Of a stretch of 51,774 bases of DNA, positions 27,101-38,824 are shown piece after piece (within the stretch, counting starts at the first letter, position 1; each line of letters starts with the position of its first letter). The DNA is from Candidatus Desantisbacteria bacterium CG1_02_49_89. GTDB lineage: Bacteria > Desantisbacteria > UBA1551. A program made the translations under genes and the position numbers. The stretch is from NCBI GenBank assembly GCA_001871075.1, contig MNUP01000012.1, positions 1 to 51,774 of the forward strand, given 5' to 3'. Under the pieces are notes generated by a model. That model had not been told where the DNA came from, ran no database searches, and was given only the letters and a program-made list of their open reading frames with translations.

Positions 27101-30100
27101 GACGTCCTCCAGAATGCTCCATACTTCCTCGCTACCTTCCTCTATCATGCGCTTTGCGCTTTTTATATTTGAAAGCATTTCCTGCTTGGCAAGTCTTTCA
27201 AGTATAAAAGGCTTGAAGAGCTCCAGCGCCATTTTCTTGGGAAGGCCGCACTGGTTGAACTTAAGGTGCGGGCCCACTACGATAACTGACCTGCCTGAAT
27301 AATCTACGCGCTTGCCAAGAAGGTTCTGTCTGAACCTGCCCTGTTTACCCCCAAGAAGGTCTGACAGGGACCTCAGGACCCTGTTACCCATAACAACGGG
27401 CGCGCCGTGGCGGCCGTTATTAAAAAGGGCATCAACAGCCTCCTGCAGCATCCGCTTCTCGTTCTGAATGATTATTTCGGGTGCTTCTATCTCAAGGAGC
27501 CTGCGGAGCCTGTTATTCCTGTTAATTACCCTTCTGTACAGGTCATTTATGTCTGATGTAGCGAAACGCCCGCTTTCCAGCTGAACCATAGGCCGCAGGT
27601 CAGGTGGTATCACGGGAACTATATCCAAAACCATCCATTCAGGTTTGTTGCCGGACTTAAGGAACGTCTGGGCAAGTTCGATCTTCCTCATGAATTTTTT
27701 ATTTTTCTGAAGCGCAGGATCTTTTTTAATGCGGTCTTGTAAATCCTTGACTATTAATTTCAGATCCACCTCTGAAAGGAGGTCCTTAATCGCCTCAGCT
27801 CCCATTTTTGCCTTGAATGTATCCCCGTGTTTTTCTTCCTTATATTTTCTGTATTCATCCTCGTCTATCAGTTCTTTCTTCTTGAACGATGACTTACCGG
27901 GGTCTATGACTATGTATTTTTCAAAATAAAGCACGCTTTCAAGATCGTGGCCTGTTATATCCAGAAGCACTGCGACAGGAGAAGGTATTTCCTTAATATA
28001 CCATATGTGGCTGACAGGGCAGGCAAGCGCGATGTGGCCCATACGAACTTTTCTCACGCTTGATTCAGTGACTTCCACATCGCATCTGTCGCACGTAATA
28101 CCTTTATACCTAAGGCCTTCGTATTTCCCGCAGAAACATCTCCAGTCCCGTGTCGGGCCGAAAATCTTCTCGCAGAAAAGCCCTTCGCGCTCCGGTCTGA
28201 ACGTTCTGTAATTGATAGTTTCCGGTTTCTTGACTTCGCCGTGCGACCAGCCGCTGATAACTTCGGGAGAAGCCAGGCATATCCTTATGGAAACTATATC
28301 TTCAAGGACAGCCCCGTCTCCTTCCTCATCCCTTTTTGACAGGTTTTCTATATTCAGGAGCCTGCCTTTTTTATCCAGGAAGGAAATGTTCAGCGAAAGG
28401 CCCTGCAGTTCCCTTACAAGAACGTTAAAAGATTCCGGTATTCCGATCTTGGGCGAGATCTTTCCTTTTACAATGGCTTCATAAAGATTGGACCTGCCAA
28501 TAGTATCGTCGCTCTTGACGGTCAGCATTTCCTGCAGGGTATACGCAGCTCCGTATGCTTCAAGTGCCCAAACCTCCATTTCCCCAAGCCTCTGCCCTCC
28601 GAATTGCGCTTTCCCCCCAAGGGGTTGCTGCGTTACAAGAGAGTAAGGGCCTATCGAACGGGCGTGCATTTTGTCATCGACCATGTGATATAATTTCATC
28701 ATATAGATATTACCGACCGTGCACTCACTATCGAAAGGCTCTCCTGTCCTGCCGTTGTATATCTTCATCTTGCCGCTTTCAGGAAGTTTCGCCTTTCTGA
28801 GCAATGATCTGATCTCTTCCTCTGAAGCTCCTTCAAAGACAGGGCTCATAACCCTCAAGCCAAGAGCCTTGGCTGCAAGTCCAAGGTGCACTTCAAGTAA
28901 CTGGCCTATGTTCATCCTGGAAGGAACACCCAGGGGGTTGAGCACCACCTCAATAGGCGTGCCGTCCTCAAGATAAGGCATTGATTCTTCCGGAAGTATC
29001 TTGGCCACAACACCCTTGTTCCCGTGGCGGCCTGCCATTTTGTCACCTTCCGATACCTTCCTTTTTTGTGCAACAAATATCTTGATCAGTTTGCTCACAC
29101 CGAGGGGCAGTTCGTCCCCGTCAGCGCGTGAAAAAACCTTTGTTTCTATGACTTTGCCGTTGTAGCCCGGGGGCACGCGCAGGGATGTATCCCTTACCTT
29201 CTTGGCTTTTTCTCCGAATATAGCCCTGAGAAGCTTCTCCTCCGCTGAAAGCCATATTTCCTCTCTGGGAGTGACCTTTCCAACGAGTATATCGCCGTCT
29301 TTTACGTCAGCCCCTATTCTGACTATACCGTTCTCGTCAAGGTCTTTCAGGCTTTCTTCGCTCACATTGGGAATATCCCTGGTGATCTCCTCCTCGCCCA
29401 TTTTGGTGTCCCTGACTTCAACCTTGTTCTCCTCAATGTGTATCGAGGAAAAAGCGTCTTCCTTCACAAGTTTTTCATTTAAGAGTATCGCGTCTTCAAA
29501 GTTATATCCTTCCCACGGCAGGTACGCGACCAGCACATTGCGCCCCATGGAAAGCTCACCTGCGACAATGCTGGGGCCGTCACTTACAATCTGTCCCGCA
29601 CTAACTTTCTGGCCTCTCATGACCGTTGGCCTCTGGTTAAGGCATGTGCTCTGGTTTGAACGGAGATATTTATCCATAATATAGGTGCTGGTTTCCTTCC
29701 TGCCCTTCTTATTCCTGCTCTCAATTACTATTTTTCTGGCATCGACATACTTCACTGTTCCGCTCTTCTTGGCAATTACCGCCCTGCCTGAATTCTTGGC
29801 TACGACCTTCTCCATACCGGTTATGACTATCGGGGGTTCGGGAAGTATGAGCGGGACGCTCTGCCTCTGCATATTACATCCCATAAGCGCCCTGTTTGCG
29901 TCATCGTGTTCAAGGAACGGTATAAGGCCCGCGGAAATACTAATGAGCTGCTTTGGCGATACATCCATAAAATCAACTTTGGCTGCATCCACCAGAATAA
30001 AATTCGACTTCGTCCTTGCAGATACCTGCTTCTCCTTGAACCTGCCGTTTGCTTCCAGCGGGGCGTTTGCCTGGGCTATGACATGCTCGTCTTCTATATC

Positions 30101-31762
30101 GGCGGTCAAGTATTCGATCTTGTTGGTCACCCTGCCGTTCACCACCTTACGGTAAGGGCTTTCCAGAAGTCCTAAGGAATTTGTGCGGGCGTAAGTGCTC
30201 AGGGAAACTATAAGGCCGATGTTGGGCCCTTCGGGCGTTTCAACCGGGCAGACCCTGCCGTAATGGCTGAGGTGAACGTCCCGGACCTCAAATCCGGCCC
30301 TGTCCCTTGTTAATCCGCCTGGTCCCAGCGCGCTCAGCCTGCGCTTATGCGTAAGTTCCGCAAGCGGGTTAGTCTGGTCCATGAACTGAGAAAGCTGGCT
30401 CATGCCGAAGAAATTATTTATGCCTTCGACAACGGGCTTTGTCACGATAAGCGAGTGAGGCATTGCGGAATCTATATCCAGGGTACTCATCCTTTCGCGC
30501 ATGATCCTTGCAAGCTGAAGCATTATCTTCCTGAACTGGTTTTCCAGCAGTTCACCCACCGACGCAACCTTTCTGTTGCCCAGGTGGTCAACGTCATCCC
30601 CTGCTCCCCTGTTCTTTTTAAGGTTAAGAAGGCCCTTTATCACCGCTACGATATCTTCTTTGCTCAGGGTCTTCATGTTCGGGGGAGTTTCCAGTCCTAG
30701 TCTTTTATTGAGCCTGTATCTGCCGATTTCGCCCAGGCTGTACCTTCTTGGATCTGTGAAAAACATCATGTCCAGCAATATCTTTCCGTTTTCATGCGTT
30801 GCAGGTTCGTTAGGCCTGAGCCTGCGATAGATTTCTGTAAGCGCTTCTTCCTGGTTTGCGATACGATCTCTTTTCAAGGTATTGGGGAACACGGCATCGG
30901 TTTCTTCGTTACCCAGCAGCTTGATCCTCTCTATATCCTTTTTCTTCAATAATTTCAGGGTATCCTGATTTATCGGTTCGTCGTTCCTGGCATCTACGAT
31001 AACCGTTCCGTCTTTGTCGCGGATATCTTCTCCCACCCTTCTTCCTATCAGTTCTTCAGGGCTATGTTCGCCAATGTTGATTTCCTTAAGCCCGCTAAAA
31101 ATCCTCATGATTTTTTCTTCGGTATATCCAAGAGCCTTAAGCAGGATTGTCGCTGGCATTTTACGCTTTCTATCAATTGACATCTGTATAGTATTATTTG
31201 ATTCAAGCTTAAATTCAAGCCATGCTCCCCAGTACGGGATGATCTTGGTTGAATACTGCCTTTCGCCCCGGGGAAAGATCTCTACGCCGTAAAAAACACC
31301 CGGCGCCCTGTGCAGCTGGTTGACCACTATGCGTTCCACGCCGTTTATTATGAAAGTTCCCTGGTCAGTCATGAACGGAAGGTCGCCAAGCAGGACCTCT
31401 TCTTCCTTTACTTCTCCCGAAAGCTTGTTGTGCAGGCGCACACTAATTTTAATTGGCACGGAATAGCTGACCCCTCTTTCGATGCACTCGGAAGGAGCAT
31501 ACCTTGGTTCACCGATCGAATAGTCAACAAACTCAAGCGTGGCCCTTTCATTCGGGTCAGTTATCGGGAATATTTCTTTTAATATCGAATTCAGGCCCTG
31601 AACCCCGACCTTGGGAACTGAGCCTTCCTTTGCTATGAACTGGTTGTAAGAGGTTTTTTGTATCTCAACAAGGTCGGGAAATTCCATTATTTCCGGGTTC
31701 TTGCTGAAATTTTTCAAAGGTATCTCATCAACGATTTTTTTAGCAGCGCTTCTGCGCTTCAT
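24140..31762 (-). CDS. rpoBC: Fused RNA polymerase beta-beta' subunit (2540 aa)
   Basis: N-half has beta motifs ([30 protein letters not shown]); C-half has beta' motifs ([25 protein letters not shown]); no stop in between. Confidence 0.95.
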   Translation of the reverse strand: MKRRSAAKKIVDEIPLKNFSKNPEIMEFPDLVEIQKTSYNQFIAKEGSVPKVGVQGLNSILKEIFPITDPNERATLEFVDYSIGEPRYAPSECIERGVSYSVPIKISVRLHNKLSGEVKEEEVLLGDLPFMTDQGTFIINGVERIVVNQLHRAPGVFYGVEIFPRGERQYSTKIIPYWGAWLEFKLESNNTIQMSIDRKRKMPATILLKALGYTEEKIMRIFSGLKEINIGEHSPEELIGRRVGEDIRDKDGTVIVDARNDEPINQDTLKLLKKKDIERIKLLGNEETDAVFPNTLKRDRIANQEEALTEIYRRLRPNEPATHENGKILLDMMFFTDPRRYSLGEIGRYRLNKRLGLETPPNMKTLSKEDIVAVIKGLLNLKKNRGAGDDVDHLGNRKVASVGELLENQFRKIMLQLARIMRERMSTLDIDSAMPHSLIVTKPVVEGINNFFGMSQLSQFMDQTNPLAELTHKRRLSALGPGGLTRDRAGFEVRDVHLSHYGRVCPVETPEGPNIGLIVSLSTYARTNSLGLLESPYRKVVNGRVTNKIEYLTADIEDEHVIAQANAPLEANGRFKEKQVSARTKSNFILVDAAKVDFMDVSPKQLISISAGLIPFLEHDDANRALMGCNMQRQSVPLILPEPPIVITGMEKVVAKNSGRAVIAKKSGTVKYVDARKIVIESRNKKGRKETSTYIMDKYLRSNQSTCLNQRPTVMRGQKVSAGQIVSDGPSIVAGELSMGRNVLVAYLPWEGYNFEDAILLNEKLVKEDAFSSIHIEENKVEVRDTKMGEEEITRDIPNVSEESLKDLDENGIVRIGADVKDGDILVGKVTPREEIWLSAEEKLLRAIFGEKAKKVRDTSLRVPPGYNGKVIETKVFSRADGDELPLGVSKLIKIFVAQKRKVSEGDKMAGRHGNKGVVAKILPEESMPYLEDGTPIEVVLNPLGVPSRMNIGQLLEVHLGLAAKALGLRVMSPVFEGASEEEIRSLLRKAKLPESGKMKIYNGRTGEPFDSECTVGNIYMMKLYHMVDDKMHARSIGPYSLVTQQPLGGKAQFGGQRLGEMEVWALEAYGAAYTLQEMLTVKSDDTIGRSNLYEAIVKGKISPKIGIPESFNVLVRELQGLSLNISFLDKKGRLLNIENLSKRDEEGDGAVLEDIVSIRICLASPEVISGWSHGEVKKPETINYRTFRPEREGLFCEKIFGPTRDWRCFCGKYEGLRYKGITCDRCDVEVTESSVRKVRMGHIALACPVSHIWYIKEIPSPVAVLLDITGHDLESVLYFEKYIVIDPGKSSFKKKELIDEDEYRKYKEEKHGDTFKAKMGAEAIKDLLSEVDLKLIVKDLQDRIKKDPALQKNKKFMRKIELAQTFLKSGNKPEWMVLDIVPVIPPDLRPMVQLESGRFATSDINDLYRRVINRNNRLRRLLEIEAPEIIIQNEKRMLQEAVDALFNNGRHGAPVVMGNRVLRSLSDLLGGKQGRFRQNLLGKRVDYSGRSVIVVGPHLKFNQCGLPKKMALELFKPFILERLAKQEMLSNIKSAKRMIEEGSEEVWSILEDVVKDHPILLNRAPTLHRLGIQAFMPLLVESKAIQLHPLVCVGFNADFDGDQMAVHVPLSIESQLEARFLMLSSNNLLSPANGRPIATPSQDIVIGCHYLTKESNGEKGEGKYFANADEVITAYSLGIMGLHASIRLQLSLGKGEKKIIGTTVGRVIFNDILPEDLVFVNKTLNKKAVSSLILDCHKKYGSSLAVELLDKIKDLGFEFATKSGLSIGILDIKVPKEKPAIIKEAQEEEDKVFAQYRRGLITDGERYNRVIDIWTRATNKLTDAMLANMKEDQKGFNPLYLMFDSGARGSEQQIRQLAGMRGLMTKPSGEIIELPITTNFREGLNVLEYFISTHGGRKGLADTALKTADAGYLTRRLVDVSHDVIVSEEDCGTVNGINVSVLKEGGETIELLADRILGRVALGDILDPLSGEVIVKDNQEITEDDALRIERAGIEKVRIRTVLTCEAERGVCRKCYGRDLATGKLVNLGEAAGVIAAESIGEPGTQLTLRTFHIGGTAYAAVEEKDIRLKFKVEVVEVPKNLITREKDGIIVANRHGEIVVRRILKTHKIPLKAKTAVFDGLWVTAGERLAQHGSESIASEVTGIVKIDEKNHNIFITGEEYPLPIQAGAEIKVNPGDVVEPNKSLAEFDPYNEPILTEISGDIKEYDLIKGETVREETDKTTGLLERVVIEHKEGKHPRIVVKNKEKEITYSIPVGAHLVVVDGRRVSAGEILVKIPHQSIKTKDITGGLPRVEELFEARHVRDKAIISEVDGKVEFSPFMRGTRKVVIKGERGTREYSIPEGKHLKARDGDEVIVGEPLTSGSVDPHDILAVKGERALQEYLVNEIQAVYRLQGVDINDKHIEIIVRQMLRRVEVTDPGDTRFLSGEQIDKFRFMHENERVVSKGGKPAQGRPILLGITKAALNSDSFIAAASFQETTHILTEAAINGRYDELLGLKENVIIGRLIPAGTGLPIYRNVQMEVSQPVKTAGPEEKKED

Positions 31763-31788
31763 CTAAACACCCTCCGACTGCTGTCCTG

Positions 31789-32178
31789 CTATTTAACCTC
31801 TACCTTTGCTCCAACTGCTTCCAGTTTTGCCTTGATTTCGGCTGCTTCTTTCTTGGAGATACCTTCTTTTATTGTCTGCGGGGTACCTTCCACCATATCT
31901 TTCGACTCTTTAAGCCCCAGCCCCAACAGGGCCCTTACTTCTTTTATTACCTGGATCTTGTTATCGCCGCTCCCCGTAAGGATTACTTTAAATTCGGTCT
32001 GCTCACCTGCTCCTTCCTTGCCAGCTCCGCCCTGTTCAGCCTGTGCGGGAGCCGCTGCTGCGAAAGCAGCTGCTTTAACCCCGAACTTATCTTCCAGCGC
32101 CTTGACTAGTTCAGACAGCTCAAGGACGCTCAGTTTAGCTATGCCTTCGATTATTTCTTCCTTGGAAATATTAGCCAT
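31789..32178 (-). CDS. rplL: 50S ribosomal protein bL12
   Basis: [28 protein letters not shown]...GLGLKESK. Confidence 0.97.
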   Translation of the reverse strand: MANISKEEIIEGIAKLSVLELSELVKALEDKFGVKAAAFAAAAPAQAEQGGAGKEGAGEQTEFKVILTGSGDNKIQVIKEVRALLGLGLKESKDMVEGTPQTIKEGISKKEAAEIKAKLEAVGAKVEVK

Positions 32179-32710
32179 TTTTCCCCCCTTCATCTTTTTT
32201 TATTTTCGCATGTAATAGATTAATCAGTAGATTAATCAGTGCCTGCAAAGGACCGTTCAGCACCAATACAAGGCTTCCGGTGCATGAATATAATATTCCA
32301 GCCAGCTTGGTTAAAAGTATTTCTTTTGATGGTATGGTGGAAATAGATCTCAGATCATCGGCACTGAGGATTTTGCCGCTTACTAAACCGATTTTTATTT
32401 TAAGTTTTTCATTTTCTTTGATGAATTTCGTAAGTGTTTTGCATATGAGTATCTCGTCACCCATGCCAAAAACTACGGCGGTTGGGCCAAGAAACTGGGG
32501 CAGGAATGAATCCAGGTTCAGGTTTTTTGAAGCTATGGATAACAGCGTGTTTTTTAGTATCCTGTATTCAGCATTGTTCTGTTTCAGCTGTTTTCTCAGA
32601 AGAGCCATTTTGTTTACGCTTAATCCCTGGAAGTTAGTGAGGATAACGCAATTGGCTTTCTTAAATTTATCTTCAATATCACGGACTATTTCTATATTTT
32701 TTTCCTTCAC
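32171..32710 (-). CDS. rplJ: 50S ribosomal protein uL10
   Basis: GLSV....LR..L, KNTL, GPTA, IPSKE.LL; position between rplA and rplL. Confidence 0.93.
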   Translation of the reverse strand: MKEKNIEIVRDIEDKFKKANCVILTNFQGLSVNKMALLRKQLKQNNAEYRILKNTLLSIASKNLNLDSFLPQFLGPTAVVFGMGDEILICKTLTKFIKENEKLKIKIGLVSGKILSADDLRSISTIPSKEILLTKLAGILYSCTGSLVLVLNGPLQALINLLINLLHAKIKKDEGGKNG

Positions 32711-32722
32711 TTTATTCCCCGT

Positions 32723-33409
32723 TTAGACCTGTTCTATTTTTAAGCTCGACGGATCTACTTTCACGCCCGGCCCCATAGTTGTGGCAACAACTATTGTTGA
32801 AAATTTAACCAGCTGTTTAGCCTTCAATATTCCCTCGAATATGGCGGTGCAGTTCTCCCTAACCTGCTGGATTGGCTGGGAAACCTTGGCAACGCCGGTC
32901 CTTACTATGCCATGTTCATCGCTCTTGATCTCGTTTCTTCCGCCTCTGATTTCTTTTATGACCCTTGTTATATCTGATGTAACTGTCTCGTTTTTTGGAT
33001 TGGGCATCAGGCCTCTCGGACCAAGTATGCGTGCAAGTTTTGCCACGATCGACATAGTCTCGGGAGTGGCTATCGCTACGTCAAAATCAAGCCAACCACC
33101 CAGTATTTTCTCGGAAAGATCTTCGGCTCCCACATAATCTGCGCCCGCGTCTTTTGCTTCTTTTGTTTTTTCGCCTTTGACAAAAACAAGTATTTTCTTT
33201 TTGCTTGAACCGTATTGATGGGGCAGTATGACAGTGGTCCTTACAACTTCTTTGGCAGCAAGCGATCCCAGCCTTATTGAAAGCTCGACAGTCTCATCAA
33301 ATTTGGCTGGAGGAAAACTTTTAAGAATCGCAAGCGCCTCTTCCAGCGGATATAGTTTCACTCTATCGACCAGTTCTCTTGACTTTTTGTACCTTTTACT
33401 TCTTCTCAT
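32723..33409 (-). CDS. rplA: 50S ribosomal protein uL1
   Basis: [26 protein letters not shown]. Confidence 0.95.
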   Translation of the reverse strand: MRRSKRYKKSRELVDRVKLYPLEEALAILKSFPPAKFDETVELSIRLGSLAAKEVVRTTVILPHQYGSSKKKILVFVKGEKTKEAKDAGADYVGAEDLSEKILGGWLDFDVAIATPETMSIVAKLARILGPRGLMPNPKNETVTSDITRVIKEIRGGRNEIKSDEHGIVRTGVAKVSQPIQQVRENCTAIFEGILKAKQLVKFSTIVVATTMGPGVKVDPSSLKIEQV

Positions 33410-33845
33410 TGATCTCTCCGGAAGATTCTACATCAATCCCCATGCTCCTGGCAGTGCCTTCAACTATGCGGATGGCAGATTGCAGGTCATCAGTGTTAAA
33501 ATCAGGCAATTTTAATTTGGCTATTTCCATTATCTTATCTTTCGTTATTACGCCGACTTTTGCTTTGTTTGGAGTTCCGGAACCTTTTTCCGCACCGACC
33601 GCCTTTTTAAGCAGTTCGGCGACCGGCGGGCTCTTTATCACGAAAGTAAATGACTTGTCATCGTAAATGGTTATTACCACGGGAACAACAGTGCCTTCCT
33701 GTTTGGCGGTTTGCTCATTGAATTTCTTGCAGAATTCCATGATATTGATCTGAAACGGCCCCAGCGCATTACCTACTGGCGGCGCAGGATTGGCTTTTCC
33801 TCCCGGGATTTGAAGCTTGATTTCTCTAAGTAATTTCTTTGCCAT
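33396..33845 (-). CDS. rplK: 50S ribosomal protein uL11
   Basis: [26 protein letters not shown]. Confidence 0.97.
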   Translation of the reverse strand: MAKKLLREIKLQIPGGKANPAPPVGNALGPFQINIMEFCKKFNEQTAKQEGTVVPVVITIYDDKSFTFVIKSPPVAELLKKAVGAEKGSGTPNKAKVGVITKDKIMEIAKLKLPDFNTDDLQSAIRIVEGTARSMGIDVESSGEINEKK

Positions 33846-33872
33846 ATAATACCTCGGAAGATACAATCAAAT

Positions 33873-34403
33873 TTAAAGCTTTTCTACTTGCGTGAATTCA
33901 ATTTCCACCGGGGTCGCCCTGCCGAAAATAGTCACAAACACTTTGATCTTTCCTCTTGAAAGGTTTATTTCTTCGACCGTTCCCGTAAAATTAGTAAATG
34001 GTCCGTCGGTAATTCTTACTGTTTCTCCTTTTTCAAACTGTATCCTCGGAACGGGCTGTGTAGCTTCCTTCTCTTTTCTCTGAAGTATTCCCTCGACTTC
34101 CTCGGGATTCAGGGTAATAGGGCGTTTTCCTGGACCGACAAAACCGGTCACGCCCGGTGTGCTTCTTACTACGTGCCATATTTTATTGTCCATATCCATT
34201 TCTACCAACAGGTAACCTGGATAGATTTTTCTGGTCATAACAACTTTCTTCTTGTTTTTTATATCAATGACTTCTTCGGTCGGGATGACTATCTGCATGA
34301 TTTTTTCTTCCAGACCCAGCGCTTTACGCTTGTTTTCAAGAGCTTCTTTTACCTTCTCTTCATATTGCGAATAAGTGTGTATAACAAACCAGCCTTTTGC
34401 CAT
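33873..34403 (-). CDS. nusG: Transcription termination/antitermination factor NusG
   Basis: W.VIHTYS.YE.KV, PGY.LVEM, TPGVTGFVG, KOW GPF..F.G, IFGRATPVE. Confidence 0.97.
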   Translation of the reverse strand: MAKGWFVIHTYSQYEEKVKEALENKRKALGLEEKIMQIVIPTEEVIDIKNKKKVVMTRKIYPGYLLVEMDMDNKIWHVVRSTPGVTGFVGPGKRPITLNPEEVEGILQRKEKEATQPVPRIQFEKGETVRITDGPFTNFTGTVEEINLSRGKIKVFVTIFGRATPVEIEFTQVEKL

Positions 34404-34407
34404 TTTC

Positions 34408-34614
34408 CTATCCTAGGATTAACTTCATAAGAAGCGACAGTAAAAAATCAATCAACCAGATAAAACCGGCGACCACAAAAACCATTGCAGCAATCACTAC
34501 GGTTGAAGCGATCAATTCCTTTCTTGTTGACCATGTGACCTTTTTTGCCTCTATCCTTACTTCACCCAAGAATGTTTTTATTCTATTAAAAATACTTGGT
34601 TTCAGATTATCCAT
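34408..34614 (-). CDS. secE: Preprotein translocase SecE (68 aa)
   Basis: FLGEVRIEAKKVTW.TRKEL followed by one TM helix; ATG 34614 lies just downstream of tRNA-Trp. Confidence 0.93.
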   Translation of the reverse strand: MDNLKPSIFNRIKTFLGEVRIEAKKVTWSTRKELIASTVVIAAMVFVVAGFIWLIDFLLSLLMKLILG

Positions 34615-34629
34615 ATACACCTTTGTATG

Positions 34630-34700
34630 CGGGACTGGGGTGATTCGAACACCCAAAAGCGGTTTTGGAGACCGCCAGTTTACCATTAGCTTACAGTCCC
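34630..34700 (-). tRNA. tRNA-Trp(CCA), no encoded CCA tail
   Basis: GGGACTG/CAGTCCC acceptor, GCGGT-CTCCAAA-ACCGC anticodon arm; canonical rpmG-Trp-secE position. Confidence 0.93.
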
Positions 34701-34761
34701 CTTCAAGCCACCCTGAACTTCCGCGCAATGCCAGGCAAGGTCTTGCGTTTTGATTTTTATC

Positions 34762-34908
34762 CTACTTCTCTTTATGTTTAGAATACTTCCTGCAGAACTT
34801 GCAAAATTTCTGCAACTCCAGTTTTGCGGTCTTTTTCTTCTTATTCCTGGTCGTGGTATAATTATACCTGCCACAACCCCCACAAACCATTATCACTATT
34901 TCTCTCAT
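34762..34908 (-). CDS. rpmG: 50S ribosomal protein bL33 (48 aa, Zn type; below ORF-track cutoff)
   Basis: Manual translation MREIVIMVCGGCGRYNYTTTRNKKKKTAKLELQKFCKFCRKYSKHKEK. Confidence 0.95.
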   Translation of the reverse strand: MREIVIMVCGGCGRYNYTTTRNKKKKTAKLELQKFCKFCRKYSKHKEK

Positions 34909-34948
34909 ATATTATACTATTATATTAATATATTGTAGTAAAACTATT

Positions 34949-34977
34949 ATTATAATTGAAAAAAATGGATTTGTCAA
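34949..34977 (-). promoter_or_regulatory. Consensus sigma70 promoter upstream of rpmG
   Basis: TTGACA (34977-34972), 17 bp, TATAAT (34954-34949). Confidence 0.85.
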
Positions 34978-35094
34978 GCTTTTTTAACTTTTTTCGCATT
35001 TTTTTTTAAAATTCGGTTTTTTGCGGTTGGCTTAAACAAAGGTGTGGATCAAAGGAATAACCGGATTTTAGGCATGATCGCTGTAAATGGTTTG

Positions 35095-35171
<77 letters not shown>

Positions 35172-35295
35172 TTATATATAAATATTATAATACCTTATAT
35201 AGTGTCTTGCCCTGAACCACTCATGCATTCGGGTTCAGGACTATGCTTTGCCATGCGACCCGAGTTTAACTAGCGTAACGAGTGATTTATGGCTT

Positions 35296-35470
35296 GAAAA
35301 TGGAAAATAGAGCAATAGACCGTCCCGATGTTACATCGGGACGTTCGGGTCGGCTTCGAATCCCTGCTGAAAATTGAGCAATAGATAATAGATCGCAATC
35401 TCCTTAAGTTTTTATCTATTGCTCTATTCTCTATTTTCGATTGCTCTATTTTTTCGCTCTGCGAAAAAAT
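35296..35470. repeat. tRNA 3'-trailer element copy 2 (after tRNA-Gly), with duplicated arm and internal insert
   Basis: Two GAAAAT/GAGCAATA arms, core variant GATCGCAATCTCC, TCTATTGC arm, hairpin ATTTTTTCGC-TCT-GCGAAAAAAT. Confidence 0.85.
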
Positions 35471-35471
35471 G

Positions 35472-35543
35472 AGCGGGAGACGGGATTCGAACCCGCGACC
35501 CTCGGCTTGGAAGGCTGATGCTCTACCGCTGAGCTACTCCCGC
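35472..35543 (-). tRNA. tRNA-Gly(TCC), no encoded CCA
   Basis: GCGGGAGTAGCTCAGCGGTAGAGC...CTTCCAA...GGTTCGAATCC...CTCCCGCT. Confidence 0.94.
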
Positions 35544-35725
35544 ATAAGCATTCCGAAGGAACTGAGCATATTGCGGCATGCCCACGACGTTTATTCCGCA
35601 AGCAACAAGGTTCTCTCCGATACTAATCGGAGAGGTTCTTACTACGTCAAACCCACGACTTGGCCCGAAAGTAGCAAGGTTCTCTGATGCTAATCAGAGG
35701 TTCTTACCCCGCATAAGCATTCCGA
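35539..35725. repeat. 18-bp direct repeat (tRNA-Gly 5' end plus leader) enclosing two hairpin-containing tandem units
   Basis: CCCGCATAAGCATTCCGA at 35539-35556 and 35708-35725; internal units 35581-35642 and 35652-35707. Confidence 0.8.
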
Positions 35726-35740
35726 TTACTTTATGAATTT

Positions 35741-35834
35741 GAAAATAGAAAATGGAACAATAGACCGCATTTTCGCTGTTCCTTAATCTATTGTTCTATT
35801 CTCTATTGCTCTAGTCCCGATTTTATATCGGGAC
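35741..35834. repeat. tRNA 3'-trailer element copy 3 (after tRNA-Tyr)
   Basis: GAAAATA GAAAATG GAACAATA GACCGCATTTTCGC...TCTATTGT TCTATTC TCTATTGC TCTA plus hairpin GTCCCGAT-TTTAT-ATCGGGAC. Confidence 0.85.
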
Positions 35835-35918
35835 TGGGGAGAGAAGGATTCGAACCTTCGAAAGCCTACGGCTAATGGGTTTACAGCCCATTCCCTTTAA
35901 CCTCTCGGGCATCTCCCC
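35835..35918 (-). tRNA. tRNA-Tyr(GTA), long variable arm, no encoded CCA
   Basis: GGGGAGATGCCCGAGAGGTTAAAGGG...CTGTAAA...GGTTCGAATCC...TCTCCCCA. Confidence 0.95.
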
Positions 35919-36033
35919 GTGCATACAAATGTCGGTTCCTGGATGATCTGTGTAAATGAGAGCCCGTCACTCTGTTCTTCCATCCGTCGAAGACATAAGT
36001 GATGTCTTCGACCCTCTCGGGCATCTCCCCGTG
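35901..36033. repeat. 21-bp direct repeat duplicating the first 18 nt of tRNA-Tyr
   Basis: CCTCTCGGGCATCTCCCCGTG at 35901-35921 and 36013-36033. Confidence 0.85.
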
Positions 36034-36049
36034 TATTAAAAATGAATAC

Positions 36050-36150
36050 GAAAATAGAGCAATGGATAATAGACCGCAATTTCGCTGTCTTTGTCTATTT
36101 TCCATTTTCTATTGCTCAATTGCTCCAATTTTTCGCTTTTGCGAAAAATT
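36050..36150. repeat. tRNA 3'-trailer element copy 4 (after tRNA-Thr TGT)
   Basis: GAAAATA GAGCAATG GATAATA GACCGCAATTTCGC...TCTATTT TCCATTT TCTATTGC TCAATTGC TCCA plus hairpin AATTTTTCGC-TTTT-GCGAAAAATT. Confidence 0.85.
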
Positions 36151-36223
36151 AGCTGGCGGGGGGATTCGAACCCACGACCTGAGGTTTACAAAACCCCTGC
36201 TCTGGCCTCTGAGCTACGCCAGC
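36151..36223 (-). tRNA. tRNA-Thr(TGT), no encoded CCA
   Basis: GCTGGCG/CGCCAGC acceptor, GGGGT-TTTGTAA-ACCTC anticodon arm; Thr-Tyr-Gly-Thr cluster order. Confidence 0.93.
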
Positions 36224-36230
36224 ACACAGT

Positions 36231-38322
<2,092 letters not shown>

Positions 38323-38331
38323 AGACCCCTA

Positions 38332-38502
38332 TTATGTAGTTGAAGGAACCGGGGGCAGTGAAGGACTTTGTGCGGCCTGTTCTTGTGCGGCCCGATGTTT
38401 TTCTTTGTCGATCATGCTCTGGGCAAAATGTTTTTTTGCATTCTTGTTTGGCCTTTTTCTTCCCCAGAATTGTGCGCCACGCCTTACTCTCATGTGTGCC
38501 AT
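38332..38502 (-). CDS. Small basic hypothetical protein (56 aa)
   Basis: Manual translation MAHMRVRRGAQFWGRKRPNKNAKKHFAQSMIDKEKHRAAQEQAAQSPSLPPVPSTT; AGGAGG SD; stop 9 bp before the next gene. Confidence 0.6.
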   Translation of the reverse strand: MAHMRVRRGAQFWGRKRPNKNAKKHFAQSMIDKEKHRAAQEQAAQSPSLPPVPSTT

Positions 38503-38556
38503 TATTGATCCTCCTAATAATTATTCACCGAAACACCTTAATATCTACAAAAAACT

Positions 38557-38668
38557 GAAAATAGAACAATAGAAAATAGAACAATGGAAAATAGACCGCA
38601 ATTTCGCAATTTGCCTATCTATTTTCTATTTTCAATTGCTCCATTGCTCTGTTCGCCCAAAAGGCGAA
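38557..38668. repeat. tRNA 3'-trailer element copy 5 (after tRNA-Asn)
   Basis: GAAAATA GAACAATA GAAAATA GAACAATG GAAAATA GACCGCAATTTCGC...TCTATTT TCTATTT TCAATTGC TCCATTGC TCT plus hairpin GTTCGCC-CAAAA-GGCGAAC. Confidence 0.85.
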
Positions 38669-38740
38669 CTCCCCGGGCTGGATTCGGACCAGCGACCCTC
38701 CGGTTAACAGCCGGATGCTCTACCGCTGAGCTACCAGGGA
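38669..38740 (-). tRNA. tRNA-Asn(GTT), no encoded CCA, atypical T-loop TCCGAAT
   Basis: TCCCTGGTAGCTCAGCGGTAGAGC, TCCGG-CTGTTAA-CCGGA anticodon arm. Confidence 0.92.
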
Positions 38741-38824
38741 ATCCATTAGTTCATTGGACGATTTGATAACTGGACGATTGGCTTGAACTAACATCTACTG
38801 ATTATTGCATAATAGCTTGACAGT

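Noticed and set aside
24140-31762. Intein or intron explaining the 2540-aa length
   Set aside because: Length is accounted for by beta plus beta'; no intein splice or homing-endonuclease motifs seen
5211-34430. + strand ORFs up to 355 aa (e.g. 24648-25715)
   Set aside because: Antisense shadows of conserved - strand genes with no recognisable motifs
34615-34728. N-terminal extension of the 106-aa secE ORF
   Set aside because: It overlaps tRNA-Trp; the ATG at 34614 gives a normal SecE
35581-35725. Possible mini-CRISPR array or IS200/IS605-type end
   Set aside because: Only two divergent units, no cas or tnp genes; resemblance of GTCAAACCCACGAC to IS605/HEARO ends is too short to support
35835-36033. 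Split, permuted or intron-containing tRNA-Tyr
   Set aside because: An intact contiguous tRNA-Tyr exists at 35835-35918, so the upstream fragment is a redundant copy
38332-38502. Calling the small basic ORF bL28, bL32 or bS21
   Set aside because: It lacks the diagnostic motifs of those families; left as hypothetical
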